The notes beneath the pieces are model-generated. The model saw nothing but the letters and a program-made list of their open reading frames with translations. It had not been told where the DNA came from and did no database searches. Positions 45,038 through 55,098 of a stretch of 64,000 bases of DNA are shown one piece after another. Origin of the DNA: an uncultured Planctomycetota bacterium (GTDB lineage: Bacteria > Planctomycetota > Planctomycetia > Isosphaerales > Isosphaeraceae); NCBI GenBank assembly GCA_963823665.1, contig CAWGMQ010000010.1, positions 1 to 64,000 of the forward strand, written 5' to 3'. The position numbers and the translations under genes are program-made. How positions within the stretch are numbered: position 1 is the stretch's first letter; the number at the start of each line of letters is the position of its first letter.

Positions 45038-45346
45038 ATGGTCCACTTCACGTGCGATCTCTGCGGCAAGGAATTGACTGGTTCCGGCGACGGCCGATAC
45101 GTGGTCAAGATTGAGGCTTACCCCGGCTTCGACCCGACGGAAATCAAGGAGGATGATCTCGACGATGATCCGATGGAGGCGGTTGCTCAGATCCTCTCCC
45201 GTGACGAGGCACTCGTCTCCGAGGACCTCGCCACCCCGCTGCAAAAGGGCTTTCGGTTCGACCTCTGTTGTTCGTGCCACAGCAAGTATGTGAAAGACCC
45301 GCTCGGGAAAGATGCGATCCGCTCTTTTGATTTCAGCAAGAACTGA
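45038..45346 (+). CDS. Small acidic zinc-ribbon-like protein
   Basis: CDLCGK and DLCCSC Cys pairs flank an acidic region. Confidence 0.7.
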   Translation: MVHFTCDLCGKELTGSGDGRYVVKIEAYPGFDPTEIKEDDLDDDPMEAVAQILSRDEALVSEDLATPLQKGFRFDLCCSCHSKYVKDPLGKDAIRSFDFSKN

Positions 45347-45599
45347 TCGAGCTCCACAATCCTTTGCGACCCGCCGGCTGCCAACCCTGCCGGGCCCAAT
45401 TCCCGGCCCGTCACCCCAATGAAACGAATGTGCGAAGGGGTGGCGAAAAGGTTTGCCGGTTCTCTCGAATTTACCAATCCAGGTAATTTGACAATTGTCA
45501 GGCGCAATGATGCGACTGACGGGAGTTCGCGTGCGCGCGGTCGCCGGAACCGAGTGCTCGCGGCGAGAGCCTCCTCATTGCGACGCTCCGCGAGGGGGA

Positions 45600-45665
45600 C
45601 GCACTTTCGCGGAGCGAAAGGCGACTATGGGGCTGGGTGGGGAGGCACTTTCGCGGGGGAAAGGC
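45600..45665. repeat. REP-like palindrome plus degenerate copy
   Basis: CTTTCGCGGAGCGAAAG hairpin + GCGACTA; second copy GCACTTTCGCGGGGGAAAGGC at 45645. Confidence 0.65.
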
Positions 45666-45762
45666 TGCGTTTGCGTGCTTCGGCGTGGGAACCGCTTCTC
45701 GTCGCGTCGGATTCCACGACGGTCGTTGGATCGTGCCGCACGTTGAGTTCACAGACACGCTC

Positions 45763-47068
45763 TTAGCGCGCGACGAACATGATCACGTTCGTTATCACGG
45801 AGACGGCGAGGAGCGTTGCGATCGTCAGGATGATGTGATTGCGGTTATTGACGTAGGACGCCAGCTCGACGAGTTGCTCTTCGGATGCGCCGCCGCCGCC
45901 GCCGACGTAGTCTGAATCCGACTCACCCTCGGCCAGGGCCAGGAGTGTCTCGGGCTTCTGACCCGCGATCATCGGGCTTTCGCCACGCTGAAGGCATTTG
46001 AGGTCGAGGATCAGGTCGTCGGGCGTTTGATAGCGGTGTTCGCGGTTCTTGGCCATCATCGTTTCGACAACCATGCCCAGCCCGCCGGAGAGCTGCGAAT
46101 TCAAGTGGTCAGGGGGAACGATCTGCACCTTGACATCGACGTGCTTGCGCATCACGTCGTTGGGCGTCTCGCCCCCGTAGGGCACCTTGCCGGTGACCAT
46201 GTGATAGAGGGTCGCCCCCAGGCTGTAGATGTCGGCCCGGATGTCGATGTTGGTCTCGCCGCGCACTTGCTCGGGGCTGATGTAGTACGGCGTGCCGATT
46301 GCCATCCCGGCCTCCGAGAGCCCCCATTTTTCGTCTCCGGTCAAACGGGCGAGCCCGAGATCCGCGAGCTTCACGCCCCCCTCCTTGGTGAGGATCACGT
46401 TCTCGGGCTTGATGTCGCGGTGGATGAGCCCCTTCAGGGCGGCATGCTTGAGCGCCTCGGCATATTGCCAGCGTGATCCGGATGGCTTCCTTCTCGTCGA
46501 AGACCTTGTGCTTGTCGAGGAAGTCCTTGATCGTCGGCCCTTCAATGTATTCCATGACGAAGTAATAGTGGCCGTCGATCTGTCCGGCATCGATGGCATT
46601 CACGACGTTATTGTGTGAGAGCTTGGCGGCGATCATGGCCTCACGCTCGAACCGCTTGATGAACTCTTTGTTCTGGGCGAGGGGATCGAGCAGGATCTTG
46701 ATGGCGACAATCCGGTCGACGGAAATCTGTTTGGCTTTGAAGACCACGCCCATGGAGCCTTTACCCAGCTTGTCGATCATCTGGTAGCCGGGGATCTGAA
46801 ACCGCTTGTTGGCCTCGCCGCATTCCTGTTTGAGCCGGGTCATCTGGCTGCGAGTGAGGACCTTAGCATCGACCATGATCTCGAGGAGGCTCTTGGACTG
46901 TTCGCCGGTCTTGGCGGCGAGACCCTTGCGGTGTGATTTGCAAGCCTCGAGCTCAGCGGGGGTCGCCAGCCCGCGGCGCAGGATCGATTTCTCGAGCTGC
47001 GATTCTTCCACCTTGGAATCGCTTCGCGGATCTCCATTTTGCGAATTGCTCTTCGCCGAACTATCCAT
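45763..47068 (-). CDS. Ser/Thr protein kinase with C-terminal TM (frameshift ~46470)
   Basis: LGKGSMG, VAIK, HRDIKPEN, DLGLAR and GTPYYISPEQ. Confidence 0.9.
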
Positions 47069-47465
47069 CAGGAGCTCTCCCGGATCACTCTTGAGGTGCG
47101 CGGTGATCGAGTGATCTGCTACCGCGCCCGTGCGTTTTCTTCGAGGTGCCCAGTCTTATCGAAGCAAGCAGCGGCCACCGAGGGCTTTGATCCTCAACGC
47201 CCGCTTTGGTGCATGAAAGTATGTTTCCCGCGATCGCGTTGTCAACGAAATTCTTAACTTGTCGCTTTACGGCAGCAAAGACCGTTCAAATACCCTCGGA
47301 TACCGGGCTGGAAGTGACTTCGAGCAGGCGCTTGTGACGTGCCATGTTCTCTCTTATTATGAGGGTTGCGCTTCCCTTTTTCTACGTATCCGCGGGCAAA
47401 TTAGTGACGATGACGATTGTGAGGCCGGTCCGGATCCCTGCCACCTTGCAGGAGAGGCTCTCTTG

Positions 47466-48584
47466 ATGCTGATCGGGGTGGTTGCCGGCGATGGTGTCGG
47501 CCCGGAAGTCCTGGCGGAGGGCCTGGAAGTCCTGGCGCTCGCCGGCAGTCTTGAAGGTCTCGAATTCGACCTGGCGAGATTCGACCTCGGAGGAGAGCGC
47601 TACCTGCGCACGGGAGAAATCCTGCCCGACGACGAGATCGGGCGGCTGCTCGGGTGCGATGCCATCCTGCTGGGTGCGGTGGGGCATCCGCGGGTTCCGC
47701 CGGGGATCCTCGAGAAAGGGATTCTGCTGCGGCTTCGGTTTGACTTCGAGCAGTACATCAACTTGCGGCCGGTGCAGCTCTATCCGGGCGTGGAAGGTCC
47801 GATCCGCGGCAAGGGGCCCGACGACATCGACATGGTGGTCGTGCGTGAGAATAACGAGGATCTCTATGTCGGGGCGGGGGGGTTCACGCGGAAGGGAACA
47901 CCCCATGAGGTGGCGATCCAGACGTCGATCAACACCCGAAGGGGGATCGAGCGCACCATCCGCTACGCATTCGATCTGGCTCGGCGACGGGCCGCTTCGG
48001 GGTCGTTCCGGGGCCTCTCCGCTTCCGAGCGCGGGCAGGGGCTCGTGCGCCAGGTGACTCTGGTCGCCAAGACCAACGTGCTGACCTTCGCCCACGACCT
48101 GTGGATGCGTGCCTTCACCGAGGTTGCCGGCGATTACCCTGAGATCAAGAGCGACTATCAGCATGTAGACGCCTGCTGCATGCGCATGGTGGCGGCCCCC
48201 GAGCGATTCGACGTAATCGTTACAACCAATATGTTCGGCGACATCATCACCGACTTGGGGGCGGTCATTCAGGGGGGGATGGGGCTGGCGGCGTCCGGGA
48301 ACTTGAACCCGGAGCGCACCTTTCCGAGCATGTTCGAGCCGGTGCACGGTTCGGCGCCCGACATCGCCGGCAAGGGGGTGGCCAATCCGCTGGCGGCGAT
48401 CCTTTCGGTGGCGATGATGCTCGATCATCTCGACCAGCCGCGAGGGGCCGCGCGAATCCGTGGGGCCGTGCGGCAGGTGCTGGCGGCCGGCGCACGGCGC
48501 ACGCCTGACCTGGGGGGCGACGCAACGACCTCGGAGGTCGGTCACGCTGTGCGCGAAGCTCTGCTCGCGAACAGCCAGGGCTAG
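47466..48584 (+). CDS. leuB: 3-isopropylmalate dehydrogenase
   Basis: GDGVGPEV, YINLRP, VRENNE, KTNVL, NMFGDIITD and EPVHGSAPDIAGKG. Confidence 0.88.
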   Translation: MLIGVVAGDGVGPEVLAEGLEVLALAGSLEGLEFDLARFDLGGERYLRTGEILPDDEIGRLLGCDAILLGAVGHPRVPPGILEKGILLRLRFDFEQYINLRPVQLYPGVEGPIRGKGPDDIDMVVVRENNEDLYVGAGGFTRKGTPHEVAIQTSINTRRGIERTIRYAFDLARRRAASGSFRGLSASERGQGLVRQVTLVAKTNVLTFAHDLWMRAFTEVAGDYPEIKSDYQHVDACCMRMVAAPERFDVIVTTNMFGDIITDLGAVIQGGMGLAASGNLNPERTFPSMFEPVHGSAPDIAGKGVANPLAAILSVAMMLDHLDQPRGAARIRGAVRQVLAAGARRTPDLGGDATTSEVGHAVREALLANSQG

Positions 48585-48798
48585 CCGCCGACACGAAACT
48601 GTCTTACAATCGTACTGTGCTGTGGGGTGCTCGATTACTCGACGCTGGGTTCGCCGGCCAGACGCGGATGCTGGGAATCGTGTATGGAAAGCGAGCAAGC
48701 CCGATGGCAAGTGTTAATCGGATCGTGTAGGCTGGATTGTCAAGGGAAGTCGCCGAGCCGCGAGGACGTCCGATCGCCAGATGCCCGAGGGAATTCTG

Positions 48799-49752
48799 AT
48801 GCGCACCCAACGTATTGATCTCCGGTCGCGAGCAGCCTTCACCTTGATCGAGCTGCTTGTCGTCATTGCTATCATTGCCGTACTCGTTGCCTTGATCATG
48901 CCGGCGGTGCAAGCCGCGCGCGAATCGGCGAATCGCGCCAAGTGCCAGAACAACCTGAAGCAACTGGGCCTGGCCGCCCAGGAATACCACGACGCGTTCA
49001 ACTCATTTCCGGCCGGCTGGTACTGTTATGCGCCGACGTATGATGCGCAGGGCAACCTGATCAGCGGCGACACCAACTGCCAGTACGTGTACTCGCCGTA
49101 CCAGGATTACATGTGGAACGGGATGATCGGCACATTCTTGAAGATGGAAGCGAACAACCTCTACAACGAGATCAACTTCAGTCTGATGACGAGTGACCCG
49201 TCGAACGTGACGGCGATCCGGCGGACCATTGACGGATTCGTCTGCCCGTCGAATCGTCGCCCCACCACCGTCCAGAATTCGCCGAACGCGTACCTCACGC
49301 TGGGCCCTTCCGACTACCGCGCCAACATGGCCGCCGGGCAAGTGATTCCCTCGAGCGCCACCGGCTGCGCGACGATCGACGTGACCAATCCGCTTTGCTT
49401 TATCTACGATAACGGGATGATGTATCAGAACTCGGCGGTCAACATGGCCGACATCCTGGACGGGACGACATGGACCGTTCTCTTCGGCGAAAGCCTGAGC
49501 CCCACCGGCACCTGGTCGCAGGCGACGAGCTGCTGCGTGCGCACCAGCCTGGAGCGCACGATCAACAAGCCGATTCTCTACAATGGTCTGAATTACTATA
49601 CCTACTGGATGAGCCGGCACCCGAGCGCGGTCAACTTCGCGTTCTGCGACGGCAGCGTGCGGCCGGTGACCCAGATGATCAACAAGGTCACCTTGAACAA
49701 GCTCATGACGCGTGCCGGAGCCGAGACGGTCTCTGCCGACGAAGTGAAGTGA
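48799..49752 (+). CDS. DUF1559 prepilin-type protein
   Basis: [14 protein letters not shown]...AVQAARE...[11 protein letters not shown] and H-X9-DG motif [14 protein letters not shown]. Confidence 0.93.
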   Translation: MRTQRIDLRSRAAFTLIELLVVIAIIAVLVALIMPAVQAARESANRAKCQNNLKQLGLAAQEYHDAFNSFPAGWYCYAPTYDAQGNLISGDTNCQYVYSPYQDYMWNGMIGTFLKMEANNLYNEINFSLMTSDPSNVTAIRRTIDGFVCPSNRRPTTVQNSPNAYLTLGPSDYRANMAAGQVIPSSATGCATIDVTNPLCFIYDNGMMYQNSAVNMADILDGTTWTVLFGESLSPTGTWSQATSCCVRTSLERTINKPILYNGLNYYTYWMSRHPSAVNFAFCDGSVRPVTQMINKVTLNKLMTRAGAETVSADEVK

Positions 49753-49800
49753 TTGGTCGATCGGGACGGTGGCAACACAGATAGAGAGTGACGACCTCTC

Positions 49801-50133
49801 ATGGCGCGAACATCGGCGGCGAGCCAACCGGCGCAGCCAGCGCTCACGGAAGATCTCTTCCACGAATGGGTTTCCGAGTGGTGTGCCGGGATCGGGCCCA
49901 CGTCAGATCCAGCCGAGATCGTCGCTCATCCTGCGTATCGGCGAATCGTTGCCGCGGGGCAGGACGCGGTGCCTATGTTGCTTCGCGAATTGCGAAAAGA
50001 GCCGAGCCTTCTCGTTTTTGCGCTTCACGCGATCACCGGCGAAGACCCCGTGCCACGCGGAGCGCGCGGTAAGATCCGGGAAATGTCGAAAGCATGGGTA
50101 GCTTGGGGCAAGAAGGGCGGCCTTTTGATCTGA
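49801..50133 (+). CDS. Conserved small helical hypothetical protein
   Basis: HPAYRRIV..G.DAVP.LLREL...AL.AITGEDPV...W..WG motif. Confidence 0.7.
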   Translation: MARTSAASQPAQPALTEDLFHEWVSEWCAGIGPTSDPAEIVAHPAYRRIVAAGQDAVPMLLRELRKEPSLLVFALHAITGEDPVPRGARGKIREMSKAWVAWGKKGGLLI

Positions 50134-50197
50134 AGGCGCTACCATCTGCGGGCAAGACGACGACGTCGGATGAATCGAGAAAGCGCTACTCGGTCAC

Positions 50198-50644
50198 GTG
50201 GTGAATCGCAAGACAGAAATTCAACGCTGGTTCCCGAAGCTCCTCCGTGACTCATTCCAGATCATTGGCGATTCTAATCAGGAATACAACTGTATCGCTT
50301 GGGCGGCCGGGGATATGTCCGCTTGGTGGTGGCCCGATCCCGCGAATATGTGCTTCTGGCCTGAAGGCGCGCCGAGAGTGACGACGCTCGTTGCGTTCGT
50401 GCGCGCGTTTGAAGAAATCGGGTATACAGTCTGCGACAATGCGGACACCGAAAAGGGGCTCGAGAAGATAGCAATTTACGCGAAGGATGGCGTGCCGACG
50501 CATGCGGCCAGACAGATGACAAACGGCCGATGGACCAGCAAACTCGGTGCGTGGGAGACCATCGAGCATGAATTCGACGCGCTCGAGGGAGCCGAATACG
50601 GCCAGATCGCCGAGATACTCCGTAGGCGACGACGCAGGGCGTGA
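50198..50644 (+). CDS. Uncharacterised Cys/His protein (DUF7689-like, from recall)
   Basis: YNCIAWAAG..WWWP, KIAIYA, THAARQ, WTSKLG and YG motifs. Confidence 0.7.
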   Translation: MVNRKTEIQRWFPKLLRDSFQIIGDSNQEYNCIAWAAGDMSAWWWPDPANMCFWPEGAPRVTTLVAFVRAFEEIGYTVCDNADTEKGLEKIAIYAKDGVPTHAARQMTNGRWTSKLGAWETIEHEFDALEGAEYGQIAEILRRRRRRA

Positions 50645-50816
50645 TGGCGCATCGACCCACGGGTTCGCCAGTTCTGGGACCGTTCGCACATTGCCGAGCA
50701 ATCGAAACGGCTTGCGACCATCGAGTGGCATTCGCCCTTCCAATCGGGTAGTATTCTATTGTTCGCTGGTCCCCGATTAATGGCCCGGGCTCAGGCTGGG
50801 GTGGTAAAACGGGGAC

Positions 50817-50854
50817 TGATTGACGATTTATGCAGTGATTGACGATTTATGCAG
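50817..50854. repeat. Perfect 19-bp tandem duplication
   Basis: TGATTGACGATTTATGCAG x2. Confidence 0.9.
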
Positions 50855-50859
50855 TGAAT

Positions 50860-51005
50860 GATTCGGCGCTTTTTGTTGTGTGACGGCTTCGGGACGATGG
50901 CCGCCGGAATGCACCCCCCCTAACCCCCCCTTCTTAAGGGGGGAAGCTTCTAAGCCCCCTCTCTAGAGAGGGAAGCTTCTAACTCGCCTTCTAAAAGGGA
51001 AGCTT
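50860..51005. repeat. Dispersed ~90-bp element with C-run/G-run hairpin plus two decayed hairpin copies
   Basis: Similar to 62801-62891; three CTAA...GGGAAGCTT units of 30, 29 and 27 bp. Confidence 0.7.
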
Positions 51006-51121
51006 CGCGCAACATCCGCGGCGGGAAATCACCGCTCCTTGGATCGCAAGTTTCAACCGCATAGCTGCTCTCGCCCTACTCACGCCCGAACCGCCTCCTG
51101 ACGATCGCGGAGCCATTCCGC

Positions 51122-53674
51122 ATGTGCGCGGAGAAGCCACTCTTGCCCAAGAGCCTCCGGCGAGATGATGCGTTCGCACACCGCCTCGCGGGCGCGCCCC
51201 GATGCGCGTGGTGGGGGTATCTGCTATGTGTTTTGACAGTACCGGGGCTGACAACCGGCGCAGCCGATGGGGTCGAGCCCGGCGAAACGCAGCTAGAAAT
51301 CGAGCCTGGAGCCGTTCAGCTTATCGGCCATCGGGCTCAGCAAATCGCCGTCACGCTTCGCGGGGCCGACGGCTCCGCTCGCGACGTGACGCGAGAGTGT
51401 GAATTCCGCGTCGAGCCCGCTACGATCGCGGAAATCGGACTGAACGGCCTGGTCTCGCCCAGAGCCGACGGCGAGGGGTCACTGCTTGTCCGATTGGGAG
51501 ACCGACAGGCCGCTGCCAGTTTGCGTGTTGTGCGTGCGGGCTGGGTGCCACCGCCGGGTCTGCGAACCGACATCGTGCCGCTTTTTTCCAAAGCCGGCTG
51601 CAACGCCGGGGCGTGCCACGGCAATTTGAATGGGAAGGGGGGCTTTCGGCTCAGCCTGCGGGGGGACGATCCGGCACTCGATTTCGCCTCGCTCACACAC
51701 GAAGCCATCGGCCGCCGCGTTAGCCTGATCGCGCCTGAGAGCAGCCTGGTTCTGCTCAAGCCTTCAGGCATCGTTCCCCACGAGGGTGGCTTGCGTTTTC
51801 TGCGGAGCTCGAACGAGGCCGCGGTGCTGCTCGACTGGATCAAGCAAGGGGCTCGGGACGAGCGATCCAAGGCGCCGACCGTTGCGTCGCTCCGGGTCTT
51901 TCCCGCGGAACGAATTCTGGCGCCTCCGTCGCGCGAGCAGCAGCTTGTCGTCACGGCTTGCTTCTCCGATGGGACGACTCGCGACGTCACGCGGCAGGCT
52001 GCCTTTGACGTGAGTGACCCCACCCGCGCGCAGGTTTCCCCGTCGGGTCTGGTCAAGGCGACGCGAAGCTGCGAGACGGCCGTCAGCGTGCGGTACATGA
52101 ACGGCCGCGGTACGGCCCGCCTGGCCTTCCTGGCGGAGAATGCCAACTTTGTCTGGCGCGGCGCGCCCGCGAACGGACAGATCGACGAGCTGGTCTTCGC
52201 CAAGCTCAAAGCCATGCGGATCAACCCCTCGGCGCTCTGCGACGATTCGGTGTTCCTGCGCCGGGCGTTCCTCGACGCGATCGGCCGGCTTCCCGAGCCA
52301 GCGGAGGCTCGCGCGTTTCTGCAGGATGAAGATCCCGCGAAGCGCTCCAAGCTGGTGGACCGCCTGGTGGAGCGGCCTGAATTCGCGGATTTCTGGGCGC
52401 TGAAGTGGGCGGACGTGCTGCGCAACGAAGAGAAGACGATGGGCGAGAAGGGTGCCTGGGTGTTTCAGCGCTGGCTGCGCGACCAGATCGCGAGCGACGC
52501 GCCGCTCGACCAGATCGTTCGCCAGATCGTGGCCGGGACCGGCTCAACCTGGCAAAACCCGCCGTCGAGCTTCTATCGCACCAACCGCGACCCGATGAGC
52601 GCGGCGGAGACCGTGAGCCAGGTGTTCCTGGGAATTCGCCTTCAATGCGCACGCTGCCACAATCACCCGTTCGACGTGTGGACGCAGGATGATTACTACG
52701 GCCTGGCGGCGTTTTTCAGCAACATCGCCCGCAAGCAGTTGAACAACACGCGGCGCGACCGCCTCGACCTGCACGAGATCAACGGCGACGAGATGATCTA
52801 CGTCGCCGGCAAGGCCGAGCTGATTCAGCCTCGCACCGGGACGATGCTCGAGCCCAGATACCCCGGCGGGGGGCCGTCTGGTTGTACCACCGGAGAAATC
52901 GACAACGCGCTCGACCGGCTGGCGAGCTGGCTCACGAAGAACAACCGGCAGTTCGTCCGGAACCTGGCTAACCGAGTTTGGTTTCACCTGATGGGCCGGG
53001 GAATCGTCGAGCCGGTTGATGACTTCCGCGACTCAAACCCACCGTCAAATCCCGCGCTCCTCGATGCCCTCGCCGCCTCGTTCACCGCTGGAGGCCTGCG
53101 GCTCAAGCCGCTGGTCGCCGAGATCATGAAGTCGCAGACTTATCAGTTGACCGCGACGCCTCTGGCGGACAATGCCCTAGACGAGTCGAATTTCTCCCAT
53201 GCGGCGGTGAAGCTGCTTGCCGCCGAGACGCTGCTGGATGGTATCAGCCAGGTGCTCGGTGTGGCCGAGCAGTTCCCGCGGGCTCCGGCTTCACTCCGCG
53301 CTTGCCAGCTTCCGGGGGCCATGCAGGGGAGCGCGTTCCTCAAGTCGTTCGGCAAGCCCGACCGCCTCTTGACCTGTGAATGCGAGCGCTCGGAAGCCAC
53401 CACGCTGGCGCAGGCATTCCAGATGATCAACGGTGAGACGGTCCGAAGGAAGCTCGAGTCGCCGTCAAACCGGATTGCCAAGCGGCTGGAGCAGGGCACA
53501 AGCGATGCCGATCTTCTCAGTGAGTTTTATCTCACTGCGGTTTGCCGGGAGCCGAGGGCGGAGGAGCTTTCGGCGATCAAAGCGCACGTGAGCGCGGCGC
53601 GGGATCGGCGGGCGGCTTGGGAAGATGTGGTGTGGGCACTGATCAATAGTAAGGAGTTTCTTTTAAGGCATTGA
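51122..53674 (+). CDS. DUF1549/DUF1553 protein with Ig-like domains
   Basis: GCNAGACHG, FLRRAFLD..GRLP, CARCHNHPFD.WTQDDYY, NRVW..LMGRGIVEPVDD and NSKEF. Confidence 0.92.
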   Translation: MCAEKPLLPKSLRRDDAFAHRLAGAPRCAWWGYLLCVLTVPGLTTGAADGVEPGETQLEIEPGAVQLIGHRAQQIAVTLRGADGSARDVTRECEFRVEPATIAEIGLNGLVSPRADGEGSLLVRLGDRQAAASLRVVRAGWVPPPGLRTDIVPLFSKAGCNAGACHGNLNGKGGFRLSLRGDDPALDFASLTHEAIGRRVSLIAPESSLVLLKPSGIVPHEGGLRFLRSSNEAAVLLDWIKQGARDERSKAPTVASLRVFPAERILAPPSREQQLVVTACFSDGTTRDVTRQAAFDVSDPTRAQVSPSGLVKATRSCETAVSVRYMNGRGTARLAFLAENANFVWRGAPANGQIDELVFAKLKAMRINPSALCDDSVFLRRAFLDAIGRLPEPAEARAFLQDEDPAKRSKLVDRLVERPEFADFWALKWADVLRNEEKTMGEKGAWVFQRWLRDQIASDAPLDQIVRQIVAGTGSTWQNPPSSFYRTNRDPMSAAETVSQVFLGIRLQCARCHNHPFDVWTQDDYYGLAAFFSNIARKQLNNTRRDRLDLHEINGDEMIYVAGKAELIQPRTGTMLEPRYPGGGPSGCTTGEIDNALDRLASWLTKNNRQFVRNLANRVWFHLMGRGIVEPVDDFRDSNPPSNPALLDALAASFTAGGLRLKPLVAEIMKSQTYQLTATPLADNALDESNFSHAAVKLLAAETLLDGISQVLGVAEQFPRAPASLRACQLPGAMQGSAFLKSFGKPDRLLTCECERSEATTLAQAFQMINGETVRRKLESPSNRIAKRLEQGTSDADLLSEFYLTAVCREPRAEELSAIKAHVSAARDRRAAWEDVVWALINSKEFLLRH

Positions 53675-53703
53675 TGGGTGGGATGAGATCGGAGGCGATC
53701 GAG

Positions 53704-55094
53704 ATGTCGCGAGCGTGCCCTGAATTCGTGTTGGATGAGCGGCTCACGCGCCGGCGGCTTCTGCAGGCGGGTTGTTCGGGAATTGCGGGGCTGGCGCTGC
53801 CTTCGCTGTTACGGGCCGAGCAGACAGGAGCGCATGCGGCTCGCGCCAAGCACATCATTTTGCTGCACCAGTTCGGCGGGCCTTCGCACCTCGATACGTT
53901 TGACATGAAGCCCGATGCCCCGGATGGGATTCGGGGCGAGTTCAAGCCTATTGCCACCGGGCAGCCGGGGCTCTCGGTGAGCGAACATTTGCCGAGGTTT
54001 GCGACGGTTATCGATCGCTTTGCCCAGGTCCGGTCGGTGAACCACCGGATGAAGAACCACAATTCGGCAACGTATTACAGTCTGACCGGCCACGCGCCGC
54101 CGATTGATGACATTCGCCTGCGCGACACGCAGGAGCTGTACCCCGCGTATGGCAGCACGGTCGCCAAATTGAAGCCGGTCGAAGATCCGTCGGTGCCGGC
54201 TTTTGTCTCGTATCCTTACGTCTTGCGCGATGGCAGCGTCACGCCCGGCCAGCACGCGAGCTTCCTGGGCAAGGCTTTTGACCCGTTTTTCATCGCCAGG
54301 GACCCCAATCAATCGCGATTTCGCGCTTCCCGAGCTGAGCCTGCCGTCCTCGTTGCCGCTGGCGCGCCTCGATGATCGCCGCGGCTTGCAGAAGCTGATC
54401 GACGGCCAGACCGATCTGTCGAGCTGGTCGGAGACCGCGCGCGGAATCGATGCGTTTTACTACGCGCGCGATGACCATGCTGGGCTCACCCAAGGTCAAG
54501 CGTGCGTTCGATCTCAGTGAAGAACCGGACCGGCTGCGTGACCAGTACGGACGAACCAGTTATGGCCAGAGCTGCCTGCTGGCGCGGCGGCTGGTGGAGG
54601 CGGGCGTGCGGTTCGTGTCGGTTTATTATTCGGCGACGATCGGCGGCAAGGGGAACGGCGGCTGGGACACGCACGGTGACAATTTCAACCAGCTCAAGAA
54701 CCGATTGCTACCCATCACCGACCAGGCCGTTCCCACGTTGATCCAGGATCTTCAGGCCCGCGGCTTGCTCGACGAGACGCTGGTCGTGTGGATGGGCGAG
54801 TTCGGACGCTCTCCCAAGGTGCAGACCACGAAGCAGTTCGGCGCCGATGGTCGCGACCACTGGCCTTATTGCTACACGGTATTGATGGCGGGTGGGGGCA
54901 TCACGCCCGGCGCGGTTCATGGCTCGAGCGATCGAATTGGGGCGTATCCGGCCACTCTTCCGGTGACGCCGGACGACATCGCCGCGACGATGTTCTGGGC
55001 GCTCGGCATCGACCCGGCCACCGAAGTTCAAGACCCGCTCGGGCGGCCGTTGCCGATTGCCGCGGGCAAGGCTCTTACGGGGTTGTTTTCCTGA
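53704..55094 (+). CDS. DUF1501 family protein (two frameshifts)
   Basis: Tat-like TRRRLL, GGPSHLDTFDMKP, CLLARRLVEAGVRFV, WDTH, GEFGRSP and GRDHWP. Confidence 0.92.
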
Positions 55095-55098
55095 GCGT

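Noticed and set aside
50817..51005. Possible CRISPR array
   Set aside because: Repeats are directly adjacent with no unique spacers, only 2-3 degenerate units, and no cas genes.
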